DNA of 60,797 nucleotides, filler included, from Squatina squatina (lineage: Eukaryota): the NCBI GenBank assembly GCA_031763465.1. It is 3 parts of 2 records of this genome, joined end to end, with 100 filler letters (N's around TTAATTAATTAA, not from the genome) between each part and the next. Parts side by side here need not be neighbours in the genome. Positions count along the whole stretch, not along the records: positions 43,645 to 60,797 come from JARFOE010000100.1; 2 more parts are not named here. The stretch is one strand, 5' to 3'. The stretch's first letter is position 1, and every line of letters starts with the position of its first letter. Shown here one piece after another: positions 50,751-60,797 of the stretch. The position numbers and the translations under genes are program-made. The notes below the pieces were generated by a model. It did no database searches, was not told the DNA's origin, and saw nothing but the letters and a program-made list of their open reading frames with translations.

Positions 50751-51639
50751 TCAAGGGATAGGTTACCCTCAGGAACTGTAGGACAGCGAGGGTTTATTTG
50801 GTATAATAAATTGTCGGGGAGTGCCAGAACTTCCAATCGGCACCACTGGTGCACAATGCTCTCTGCTAGGGGTGTCAGGTCAGTAAATTACCCCTCATAT
50901 CCCCACTTTAAATCATTCCATTGTTTTGAAGATGCCACAATAAGCTTTATTTGCTGTTAAGTCTCTGGACTCTCAAACTTTCTCCTCAGCCTCCCTGCCT
51001 TGTCACCTCTCGCCCTGCCTTCAATTACCTTTTTGGAACCCTCCTCCGTGATCATATTTTTGGCCCCTCCTCGTCCTCCTGTACCCCAACATCCCAGCTC
51101 AATATCCACCCACTGTCCTCTGCCCTGTAAAGCACTCTGAGATTTCCCGCTGTATATAATAAATACTATTGAAATGCGTGTGCGTTGTTGAAACTGTACG
51201 TGCATCTTAGCGGCGGATGAGTGAACAAGGCCAAGTTTTAACTCATTTTTGCACTTGAGCTATCAGTCCCTCTCGTGTCAGGATTGTCAGTGCCAATACT
51301 ACCTGTGCGGACTGACAATGGGAGGCAAAGAGAGTTAGGTTGAGAGGCGTCTAACTATCTCGAAAAGTGCACATGAAATTAAACTAAAAATTCGAAGCAT
51401 GTAGCCGGAAATTTAAAAAAAAAAACAGCCATTGCAGAATCTCCACCCTTGGTCCTTATCAGCTAGTTTCAGAGAAGGTGGCAGGAGGAGCGCTATAATT
51501 AGCCTCAAAGCTTACTCGACCTGATGGGCAAAGTAAGTCTGCCAGCTTCCTGCTGCTGATCATTATCCAAGCGTGGAAATCGAGTGGGAAAAGGATCAGG
51601 CTCAGTTTTAGTCCCAACCCCATGACAGGGTGTCGAAAG

Positions 51640-51900
51640 AAAAGGAGTGAATGTGCATTTACACAGCACCTTTCTTGGTCTCAGCACATCCCAAAGCGCT
51701 TCACAGCCAATTAAATATTTTTCAAGTGTAGTCACCGTCGTAACACAGGGAAACATGGCAGCCTGTTTGTGCACAGCAAGGTCCTAAAAACAACAATGAG
51801 ATAAATAGCCAGCGAATCTGTTTTAGTGATTTGGTTGAGTCATAAATGTTAGTCAAGATACTGGGAGAACTCTCTGCTCCTCTTCAAATAGTGTCATGGG
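51640..51900 (-). mobile_element. SacSINE1-like SINE 3' half
   Basis: CATCCCAAAGCGCTTCACAGCCAAT...AAGTGTAGTCACC...GCACAGCAAGGTCC...CTCTTCAAATAGTGTCATGGG. Confidence 0.8.
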
Positions 51901-53299
51901 GGGCGCCCAATTCGTAATTTTATTTAGGCGTTAAAATGGCGTTAAATGGGCACAAAGTGCTTATAGCGTTAAGCTTTTTGGCGTGAAATTCGTCTACCCG
52001 TAAATGCAGGCATTAAACGTGCGTTAACAGGTTATGCCATAATCTCGAGATTCAGCGTTAGAGAGTCCCGATGTCATCAGTGGGCGCAACGCCCAAATAA
52101 GAGTAACACCTTAGAATTGAACAAGGCTACAATGATTTAATTTTAGTGGTATCAACGGCCTGTTTTTTGGGCGTTGACACACCTCTACTCTCAACTTTTA
52201 GCTTTATAGAAAGCTCTGGAACTGGGCTTCTTTATAACTTTGTCTCCCAGCTCCATTTCAATCAAATCATGTGACTTTTCACTTTAAAGCCTCACTCTGA
52301 CTTACTGCTGACTTCTCTTTGGTTTCATCTGAGCTTTCACTATCTTGAAGGTTTCTGCCCCAGATGCCCTGGGTGATGCACTCACGGTCGAATAGATACT
52401 CATACAACATCAGGTGCGGAACCAGATGAACAGAGGAGACCTTCAAGACAGGCAGATAGATATGGGGGCAGAGGTAAATGAGCCCAGGACTGAGGAAGAA
52501 GCAGCTTCTCAACCAGATCACCCACAACAACCACCTGATCCCCCCAGAGCCACCTGCACCACTGGTGGCACAGCCCAGGCCTCTTTCAGACGAGCCACAC
52601 TGCACCTTTGCTAATGTCAAAGTATTTTTGAAAATACTGACAAAACTCAATCATTTTTGGCCAGATTTGGCATGGTATTGACTCCTTTAATTCTGTCACA
52701 ATATTAAAGATTTATAAAGCAGCTTAACGCAGTATAATGTTGCAACAAGTTTTGGTCTCAGGACAGTTTGTTTGATGGAGCCAAGCCACTTCATTCAAAA
52801 CTAAATATGTGAATTGTTTATATGTGTCCTACCCTGCCCTGGACCTCTGACGTGGATCCTACAACCTCCATTCATGAGACTGGTGTACCTTATCCCACAA
52901 GGTGTACCAGCATCTGAAGATGCACTGGCCTTCTGGGAGACTGAGGTCTTGGGGGCTTCTAACGTAGGGAGGCTTCATCCTGGCCCCGGCCCATCAGTGA
53001 CACTGTCCTTGTAAGGGGTGAGTGGAAGTTCCGCTCCTTATGAAGCTCTACTGGAACTCCCAGTGCAGCCTGGGATCAGTATCCAGGTCCTGATCTATAG
53101 AAACTATTTTCAACTCTTAGGAGATAATAGTGTTTAAAAGAACTGCTGTAACTATATATTTTAAGACTGATAAATGTAATGTAGAGCAAGTAACAGTTTA
53201 AAAAAAAGCACAATGCTCACATCAAATGATTAGTAAATAGTGTGTATTTCTTCTTAAAGGGAGTCTGCCTGAAATCCTGTGAATCATGGACATATTTGA

Positions 53300-54057
53300 C
53301 CTGATTTTTAGCACCGAACAGGATGTGTTGCTACGGGTTACCGTCAATGGTTGATCACTGATTTTCCCAAGGGTTGCTTATGTAGCAGCTTGCACACCTC
53401 ACCCAGGAGGCTGGGAGATTGATAGGCTGTGGTTCGCCTTGCAAAATCTCATTATAGTTGCTTTTTCTTCTATAGTGAGAAGCCACCAACTGCTCTACTA
53501 GAAGATATAAAGGGGGTGAAATTCTCCAGCTCCCCGATTGGGGACAGTAATCGACACTGGGTGGGACTTCCTGTGCCCGGTGAGAAAGTTCCGCCTGGTT
53601 ACCGCCCCTCACAGGAACTGGAGCGCAATCTAATGTGCTCCACTTCCTGTTTGGGTGTTGATCAGCACTACACGGCTGCTCCGCATAGCGCTGATGCGTT
53701 TCAATGCCCCTCCACTTCGGTTAAAGGGGCGGGCCGCTGCGCACTCTGCCGGGCCTCTGATGGCCTCCACTGGGCCACCAGGACGGCGTGGTGCCGAGAC
53801 CGCAGCTCGGCAGCAAGAGAGAGTGCTGGGCTGCACGATGGCGGCCCAGACCACGCACAAGAAGTAAAGAAGCGTCCGGCCGGTGAATTAGCTGAACAAA
53901 TAACGGCGGCATGCGGTGCTCCCCATCTCCCCTTTAACTTACTTCTGCCCCGCGAGCGGAGGTCAGCCCAGTTCGCGACCTGCGAGGCGGGCGCTGACAC
54001 CGCTCATGGCAGCCTCGTGGGGTGCTGGCTAATTTCCGTTGTGGGGCGGAAAGGGTT
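53300..54057 (+). mobile_element. GC-rich interspersed repeat, family A copy
   Basis: Homologous to 7910-8520. The 5' boundary is approximate. Confidence 0.7.
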
Positions 54058-54157
54058 NNNNNNNNNNNNNNNNNNNNNNNNNNNNNNNNNNNNNNNNNNN
54101 NNNNNNNNNNNNNNNNNNNNNNNNNNNNNNNNNNNNNNNNNNNNNNNNNNNNNNNNN

Positions 54158-54565
54158 TCTCCCATTCATGCTTTTACAGATCTGTTCCATATATGGCAGA
54201 TTTGTAAAAGTATGAATGGGAGATACTAAACTGCACAAGCACATCAAAAAACATTTTAAAATTACTGCAACATTAAAATTTAATAAAATGAGATAAATAA
54301 TACAAAAACAATTTTTTTGAAATTAAAAAAAAATCTTTTAAATTGTTTTAAAACATACCTTAATGGGAATGGTTTTTAAGTAATGTACCTTTTTTATTTT
54401 TACATTTTAAAAAACTCTTACGCTGGTAAAACCAAGCATGCATGCTTTTCCAGCAGAAGCAGAAATCTTGACAGATCGCAAGTTCCGTATCTGTGGGTAT
54501 GCGCAGTGCAGCCCTAGACATTGTACGCACCCGGGGGGACCCAGAGAGATCGCAAATTCTGTCCC
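54158..54565 (+). mobile_element. MITE-like element, family B, 3' half
   Basis: Colinear with 8846-9358. Ends CGCAAATTCTGTCCC, a near-perfect reverse complement of GACAGAAATTGCG at the start of the 8649 copy. Confidence 0.7.
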
Positions 54566-55752
54566 AATGTGTCTCGCTGCAGTGTCTGAGGCTGCTGCTT
54601 CATCCAGGCACTGAGCCCGTAAATGTAAACACTCTACAACTGAGGTAGTTCTATCTATAATTTGGCAACTGTTTTTGAGAGAAGGTGGCCCACGAAGAGC
54701 AGTAAGTGTCATCTCCAACAAACCCACACATGGCTACTCAGTGCCGGAAGAAGTTCACTGACCTCTCCAGAGCAGCCAAAGTCAAAAGAGGCAGTCAGTC
54801 CTTGCAATAGTGCACTGAAATAAGAATGTTTTCCAGTCATAACCACCTTTCCCTCTCTATATCAAACACCATGTACAACTTATCACTTACGTACAAGAAG
54901 TACCACCATACCCTTCACAGGCCTTTCTATCTCCTGCAAGTGTACTTTTAGTCATAACTGGACACGTAGGGAAGCGGTGGATAACTTGCATAATAGATGT
55001 TTCATTGCCAGCCCAGTTCTTATCCCCATTAAGGAATGCCCTCTGAAATCTAGGCTGTATCCCATATGCTGGCATACAGAGTACCTTCACACTCCCTACT
55101 CTCTCTTAAAGAGGAAACAATGCACAATCACCTCAGTCGCCCAAGACTTCCACTGCAAAACATTAGCCAGCAATGTCAGAGCTTCCTGGCATTGTAGCAG
55201 GTGCTAGGGTTTAAAGGGTACACAGTAACAGGCACAAAGCAGAGGCATGGTACTCTTAAACAGTAGATAAGTTGTCAGATTTGTTTTGACTGAAATTATA
55301 TTGTCACTAATGGGTTTGCTGTCAAAGGAGAACCAAGGTGGCAGGACTCATTTTAAATGATCTTGAACCTTAGTTAGCTGAATGTCTTCCTTACGAACTG
55401 TGCCTGCAGCTGTCTGGCAACTGATACAACTCAGCTATTGTTTCATGAGGTAATAGCATTTCTGAGGATGTAGGATGAAATATCCCTCCTTGGATCTGCA
55501 GACAGGGAGGCATAGGTGCCATCTGGCAGGAGACAGAGGACACTTGCAGCATCTGTTCAGTCTGGCATCTTTGCAGCAGTCCTCCTGGTCCTTGGAGCAG
55601 ACGAACAGGGGAGGCCTATGGGAGACCCCATTGTTTCTGAAGTCCAATCCACAAAATTAAACTTTAAAAAAATTACATGAATTCTTATTCAACTGTAAAA
55701 CTGTATTGAGTTACTCAGTGCTTGCATATTGAAAAATATAATTTCATTGCAG

Positions 55753-55867
55753 GTGGACGTGATAAAAGAGGTGGTCCAATCCTAACTTTCCCAGCTCGCA
55801 GTAATCATGATAGAATAAAACAAGACGACCTCCGACAACTTGTCACATATTTAGCAAGCGTACCCAG
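55753..55867 (+). CDS. KALRN: Kalirin exon 3 (Sec14/CRAL-TRIO domain, 115 bp)
   Basis: Acceptor ttcattgcag; GGRDKRGGPILTFPARSNHDRIKQDDLRQLVTYLASVP; donor GTAGAG. LVTYLASVP is kalirin-type rather than TRIO-type (LISYLACIP). Confidence 0.93.
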
Positions 55868-56832
55868 GTAGAGTACCAACATTGTGTTTGATGCATTTCA
55901 GCGACAAACCTATTGGTGGAATTTGTTCTTAAAAATACAATAATCACCCTGCATTTTATGCAGAAAATACTATTCGAATACGTTTGGAATTCAATACATA
56001 TTTCCCAATTTGTATAGAACTAGCGGCACAACTTGTATGTTTTTATAGGCCATTTTTACAGTGTTCATGTGCACAAACCTATTTTTGAATGAATTACTCA
56101 CATGTAAATTATGTCAGTTTTGTCTCCTGTGTATTGCTATTATGCATATAGTATATCATTCACAAGTGCAAGGGGGAAGTGTGGCCCTTGCATTTACCCT
56201 CAGCTAATTTTCATTTGCTATTGTTTTTAAATTGTGTGCCCATGTCCAAGCTCATTCAAATCTTATCTCTGTGGAACAGGGAAAAGAAAACTTTCTGAGG
56301 AATGAGGATTCATACAAATAGGAATGGGAGGAGTCGGGGGAATTACTTCATTGAACTTCTCACAACAGAAGAAAAGGCAATTTAATGAGCTGCCTCTATT
56401 TCTCCATTCACACTGCTGCTAAACTTGCTCCAATGTATGCGCATCTCATTTACATTCGCCACAATCACTTGTCATTCCCAGCTGGCTTCCTGAAAATTAT
56501 ATTCTTGCACATGGATTGAGTTAGGCCTATCTGCTTGTAATTTTGCACCCATATTTTCTCTGAAATCCACAGAAACAAAACTTTGGCCCGAGTGATCCTG
56601 ACAGTACAGATTCAAATGCTGTCCGTGGTAACAGATCAATTTTAGTTTAGACTGATGGTTGACAAAGGACACAAGTGAGCCACGACACTCTCCTACTGTT
56701 GCAAATCCTTACCTGACCTACAGTTTACAATANNNNNNNNNNNNNNNNNNNNNNNNNNNNNNNNNNNNNNNNNNNNNNNNNNNNNNNNNNNNNNNNNNNN
56801 NNNNNNNNNNNNNNNNNNNNNNNNNNNNNNNN

Positions 56833-57210
56833 AAGCTGGGCACTTTCTCTAGAAAAGAGGAGACTGAGAGGTGAGTTGATAGAGGTCTTTATGATTATGG
56901 AAGAGTTAGATAGGGTAGCTATAGAGATGATGTTTCCACTTGTGGGGGGTGGGGGGGGTGCAGAACTAGGGGCTATAAATATAATAGTCACTGATAAATC
57001 CAATAGGGGGTTCAGGTCAAACTTCTTTACCAAGAGTGTGGAACTCGCTACAACAAGGAGTACTTGAGGCAAATAGTACAGATGCATTTAAGGGGAAGCT
57101 CGATGAGCACATGAGAGAGAAAGGAATAGAAGGAGAGGTTGATTGGGTTCGATGAAAAAGGGTGGGAGGAGGCTCATGTGGAGCATAAACACTGGCCTGT
57201 TTCTGTGTCA
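56833..57210 (+). mobile_element. CR1 LINE 3' end
   Basis: KLGTFS..KRRLRGELIEVFMIMEELDRV...MFPLV and tail GATGCATTTAAGGGGAAGCT...GGAGGAGGCTCATGTGGAGCATAAACAC. Confidence 0.85.
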
Positions 57211-57453
57211 TAAGTACTAAGAAGAAGGAGAAGAAGGCTATGTAATACACTGTAATAGTCCCAATTTAACACTTGACAGTATTATCACAATTAGACGAGG
57301 AGACAATTTCTTCACAGAAATCCCATTTATATAACTTTTTAATTATTTACAATTTTAAAATATTTCATAATTGTAACAAATTCAATTCACAAGTAACTTC
57401 TGTAAAAATGCAATATTTCAACTTCACGCTGAAGGAATCAATGACAATGCTGG

Positions 57454-57621
57454 CTGGTACAAGCAGGACGCAGTATTGTCTAGGAAATATCTACTGGTTA
57501 AAGCAATGGGTATTATCAGTGCCACTCACTGGTACAAACAGGACGCAGTATTGTCTAGGAAATGTTTATTGGCTAAAGCAGCTTCCCTACCTTGGGTATT
57601 ATCAGTGCCACTCACTGGTAC
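57454..57621. repeat. imperfect tandem duplication (75/86 bp units)
   Basis: CTGGTACAA.CAGGACGCAGTATTGTCTAGGAAAT...TGGGTATTATCAGTGCCACTCA occurs twice (starting at 57454 and 57529), with a third CTGGTAC at 57615. Confidence 0.9.
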
Positions 57622-57697
57622 GTCTCATGTCTATATTAGGATCACTAGTCCTTTGCTACCACATCACCTAAATACACGTTGTCCTGAACAAGTTCAG

Positions 57698-57703
57698 TTT
57701 ATT
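57698..57703 (-). promoter_or_regulatory. candidate polyA signal of the DDO-like gene
   Basis: TTTATT on + equals AATAAA on -, about 250 nt after the stop codon. Confidence 0.4.
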
Positions 57704-57950
57704 CTAATATTGCTTTTCCAGAAATAAGGAAACAGGGTTTTAATGTTTTTTTTAGATGATAATAATAGCATCAATAGTAAACGGGAAGGAGACAGATACA
57801 GTAATTGTATCAATTAAATATTTGATTAAAAACCAGATGAACTGAGACTAAAAATTTTAACGAGATTAATTTTTTTGTAAATCGCTTGGCGGCCTTAATA
57901 CTAACCATTTAGTATTGTTTCTGCAACTAATCAATGGGTCCCATGATGAT

Positions 57951-58497
57951 TTAGATGTCTATTTCTGTTGTGCACTCCTTCACCAGTTGTGCAGCTTCCA
58001 TGGCAGTTCCCCAGTGGTGAGAAACACCAGCCACACCATGGCCGTAATTGTGCACCAAGCACATCTGGCGCCCGTCATGTTCCAGCTTCTCCTTTTCCAG
58101 TCTCAATGCTGCTCTAACAGGCCTCAGACCGACCGCTTCAGATAGCTTACGAGAGAGCTTGAGACTTGGTTCGTAAGCACAACACGCCTCAAAAATTGCC
58201 TTGCTGTCAGATGGGTCGACTGACAGCCGCCAATCGTCTTTCTGCCTTGTTCCGCCCAAAGTAACACTGGAGAGTCCTGGGTAGATATAAGAGGTACCAT
58301 CGCCTACATGGACAAAGTGTTTCAGCCAAGGAGCATGAACTTTATGGACTTGGCCCCTTATTGGATATATTTTCATATCCCCAGTAAGTGCCCTGGCTCC
58401 AATGCCTGAACAGTTCACAATAACGTCATACTTTCCATCAAGCTCCCAGAAATCTGTGATCTTCCCAGCCTGCAACTGGCCTCCAGCATTCTTTAAC
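57951..58497 (-). CDS. D-aspartate oxidase-like (DAO/DDO family flavoenzyme), terminal coding exon, antisense inside KALRN
   Basis: Acceptor aattgcag at 58498-58500, then an uninterrupted frame LKNAGGQLQAGKITDFWEL...DVIVNCSGIGA...PIRGQV...YIYPG...VTLGGTRQ...GLRPVR...HNYGHG...HWGTAMEAA...EIDI*. It is colinear with the single large last exon of vertebrate DDO. Orthology to DDO itself is not established. Confidence 0.92.
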
Positions 58498-58794
58498 CTG
58501 CAATTAATAATTCAATCTTCACCAAAACGTTGTGCTTACAAAGAAAATTATAAAGTCAGTATTATTCAATCAATAAGTTTGTTGGGGAAAGAAAAGCATC
58601 GGGTTCCCCTCCCTACACCGCTAACGAGCTTCAGGCAGCCTGCTACAGCTTGCCAGCAGTGGGCTGACGCAATTTTGGCAGCAAGGTAGGTCCTGGTAAA
58701 ACTCGGTGGACCGAACATGGAACACGCTCTGCCCAATTGTCAGTCAAAATTGCAATTGCGGTCCTATGTATATCATACCGCATGAAACGGTTAA

Positions 58795-59246
58795 AGAAAG
58801 ACTTGCATTTATAAAGTGCTTTTCATGACCACCAGACGTTCCAAAGCACTTTACAGCCAATTAAGTACTTTTGGAGTGTAGTCACCATTATAACGTGGGA
58901 AACACGGCAACCAGTTTGCACACAGCAAGCTCCCACAACAGCAATGTGATAATAACCATATAATCCGTTTTTTAGTGATGTTGATTGAGGGATAAATTTT
59001 GGCTCGGACACTGTGGCTAACAACCCTGCTCTTCTTCAAAATAGTGCCATAGGAGAGGGCCTCTGTTTAACGTCTCACCTGAAAGACGGCAGCTCCAACA
59101 GTGCAGCATCTCTGGCAGTGCAGCACTCCCTCAGTATTGCACTGGAGTGTCAGCCTAGATTGTCTGCTCAAGTCCCTGGCGTGGGGCCTGAACCATTAAC
59201 CTTCAGACTCGGAGATGCGAGTACTACGACTCAGCCAATGCTGACA
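58795..59246 (-). mobile_element. near full-length DeuSINE/SacSINE1-like SINE
   Basis: tRNA-like head (TTGGCTGAGTCGTAGTACTC...GGTTCAGGCCCCAC), central CCAGTGCAATACTGAGGGAGTGCTGCACTG...TTTATCCCTCAATCAACATCACT block, and tail ATAAATGCAAGTCTTTCTT on the - strand. Confidence 0.85.
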
Positions 59247-59498
59247 CTTTGGGAATAAGAAAAAAAACTAATCAAAACAAAGTAAAAAGGAGAAGTAGTA
59301 GCAGGTGAACATTAGAAAGTTTATGTTTCTTGCAATTACTGTATCAGAACTAACATCTTTGAATTTCGGATTTGTAGATTGCTGCATCTACTGGTCATGC
59401 GTCAGTAATCTAGGAAATATCTATTCCAAGTCATGTAAATGTAAGATTTTTCAATATCAGTGCTGAAATGCTGATTCTGTTGAAATATCTTTTTTCAG

Positions 59499-60011
59499 AC
59501 AAGTATGGTATCCGTGGAAGGGCTTTCAAAGTTGGTGGATCCTTCCCAATTGACTGAAGAATTTGATGGCACACTGGACTATAATCATGATGAATGGATT
59601 GAGCTTCGACTGGCGCTGGAAGAGTTCATCAGCAGTGCTGTGCATCTGTTATCCAGACTAGAAGACCTGCAGGAGATGTTGGCCCGGAAGGAATTTCCCC
59701 TGGATGTTGAAGGTTCTCGAAAATTAATTGATGAGCATACACAACTGAAGAAAAAGGTCATCAAAGCCCCTGTGGAGGAACTGGACCACGAGGGGCAAAG
59801 GTTGCTGCAGTGTATAAGGTGCAGTGATGGTTTTTCTGGAAAGAACTGCATATCTGGCAGTGCAGATTTTCAAAGCGTTGTGCCAAAGATTACCAGTCTA
59901 CTGGATAAACTACACTCAACTAGACAGCACTTACATCAGATGTGGCATGTTAGGAAACTGAAGTTAGATCAATGCTTCCAACTTCGGCTCTTTGAGCAAG
60001 ATGCAGAAAAG
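59499..60011 (+). CDS. KALRN: Kalirin exon 5 (end of Sec14 domain and first spectrin repeat, 513 bp)
   Basis: Acceptor ttttttcag; TSMVSVEGLSKLVDPSQLTEEFDGTLDYNHDEWIELR...QCFQLRLFEQDAEK; donor GTAAAG. Confidence 0.96.
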
Positions 60012-60797
60012 GTAAAGTTCCATCTGCATAGTTTTTAACGCGATGTGTTCGCTATATGTTTATAACAAATTTACTTAATCCTCCCTCTCTCTCTCTTTTA
60101 TATAACATCTAACACAGTTCACCATCTTTCTTCAAACATGGCAGCAAAGGACTCCCAGGAATCACATGCATTTGATTTTCAAATCTGAATAAACAGAAAA
60201 TGATATTTTATATTGGGTGTTAACGCTTAATAAAATCGGATTAATTTTTCATTCCCCCTCCCAACTCTTATTTTTAATTTATTCAATACTGATTGGAATT
60301 TTCATTAACCCATGAATGGCCACTTGGTAATTGAGTAGGCATTTCCCAGGAATGCTTCATTTATTAAAAAAGATTGTGGTGAAGCTCAGTTAGGCAGCAC
60401 TGACAAGAGGCTTGATTTGAGCCCTGCACCTTTGCTGCACAGTGTATAGTTTCAGACTTCATTTAATTTCATGACTACTGCATTTTCACCATTTGCTTAT
60501 ATTCATGTGCGTGAAAAATATCACCATTTACTACATGCCTTTGACATTACATATGTAATATTCTGGGCCTGTGTGACAGTGTGGCATATAATATTGGCCT
60601 GGAATTTGCAGTGGGTAATAACAGCGAGCGAACAGTGTGCGCTGTTATTACCCCTTTAAAACTGATTGCAACCTCAGGATTTAGTGCATGTGCATCTAAA
60701 CGCGGAAATCCTGAAGTTGCAGTCAGTCATTCATTGCTCCGCCGCTGGCTCTGCTGTGCCCCCCACTCCCCATAACTGGCAATCAGTGTAATCGGGA

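Noticed and set aside
51900-52650. Harbinger-like transposase remnant (similar hints at 26640-27260 and 55435-55650)
   Set aside because: Only compositional resemblance; no catalytic motif or clear TIR pair could be read.
53429-54229. 266-aa ORF as a novel gene
   Set aside because: It lies in a GC-rich interspersed repeat, spans a gap, and the frame is not preserved in the homologous copy at 7910-8520.
55868-59498. Apparent loss of KALRN exon 4 (EDVCKRGF...)
   Set aside because: The gap at 56733-56832 can contain it.

Overview
Eukaryotic, AT-rich vertebrate genomic DNA from a heavily gapped scaffold (dozens of 100-N gaps, two carrying an artificial TTAATTAATTAA linker). The repeat content (DeuSINE/SacSINE1-like SINEs, CR1, RTE, Penelope) points to a cartilaginous fish, probably a shark; this is an inference. 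The + strand carries eight whole or partial exons of CACNB4 (voltage-gated Ca2+ channel beta-4, 2450-14909) and two exons of KALRN (kalirin Sec14/spectrin region, 55753-60011). On the - strand, between the two KALRN exons, lies an intact terminal exon of a D-aspartate oxidase-like gene (57951-58497). It lacks a PTS1 and has His at the position of DDO Arg216, and its upstream exons must lie beyond KALRN exon 5, so the two genes appear interleaved. Other highlights: the CACNB4 beta-4a first exon has ATT where orthologues have ATG; a Penelope element 3' end carries a minimal hammerhead ribozyme; and a MITE-like family has an internal hairpin that covaries across three copies. Gene calls rest on recalled protein sequences and splice-site reading, not on database searches. 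Repeat boundaries are approximate.
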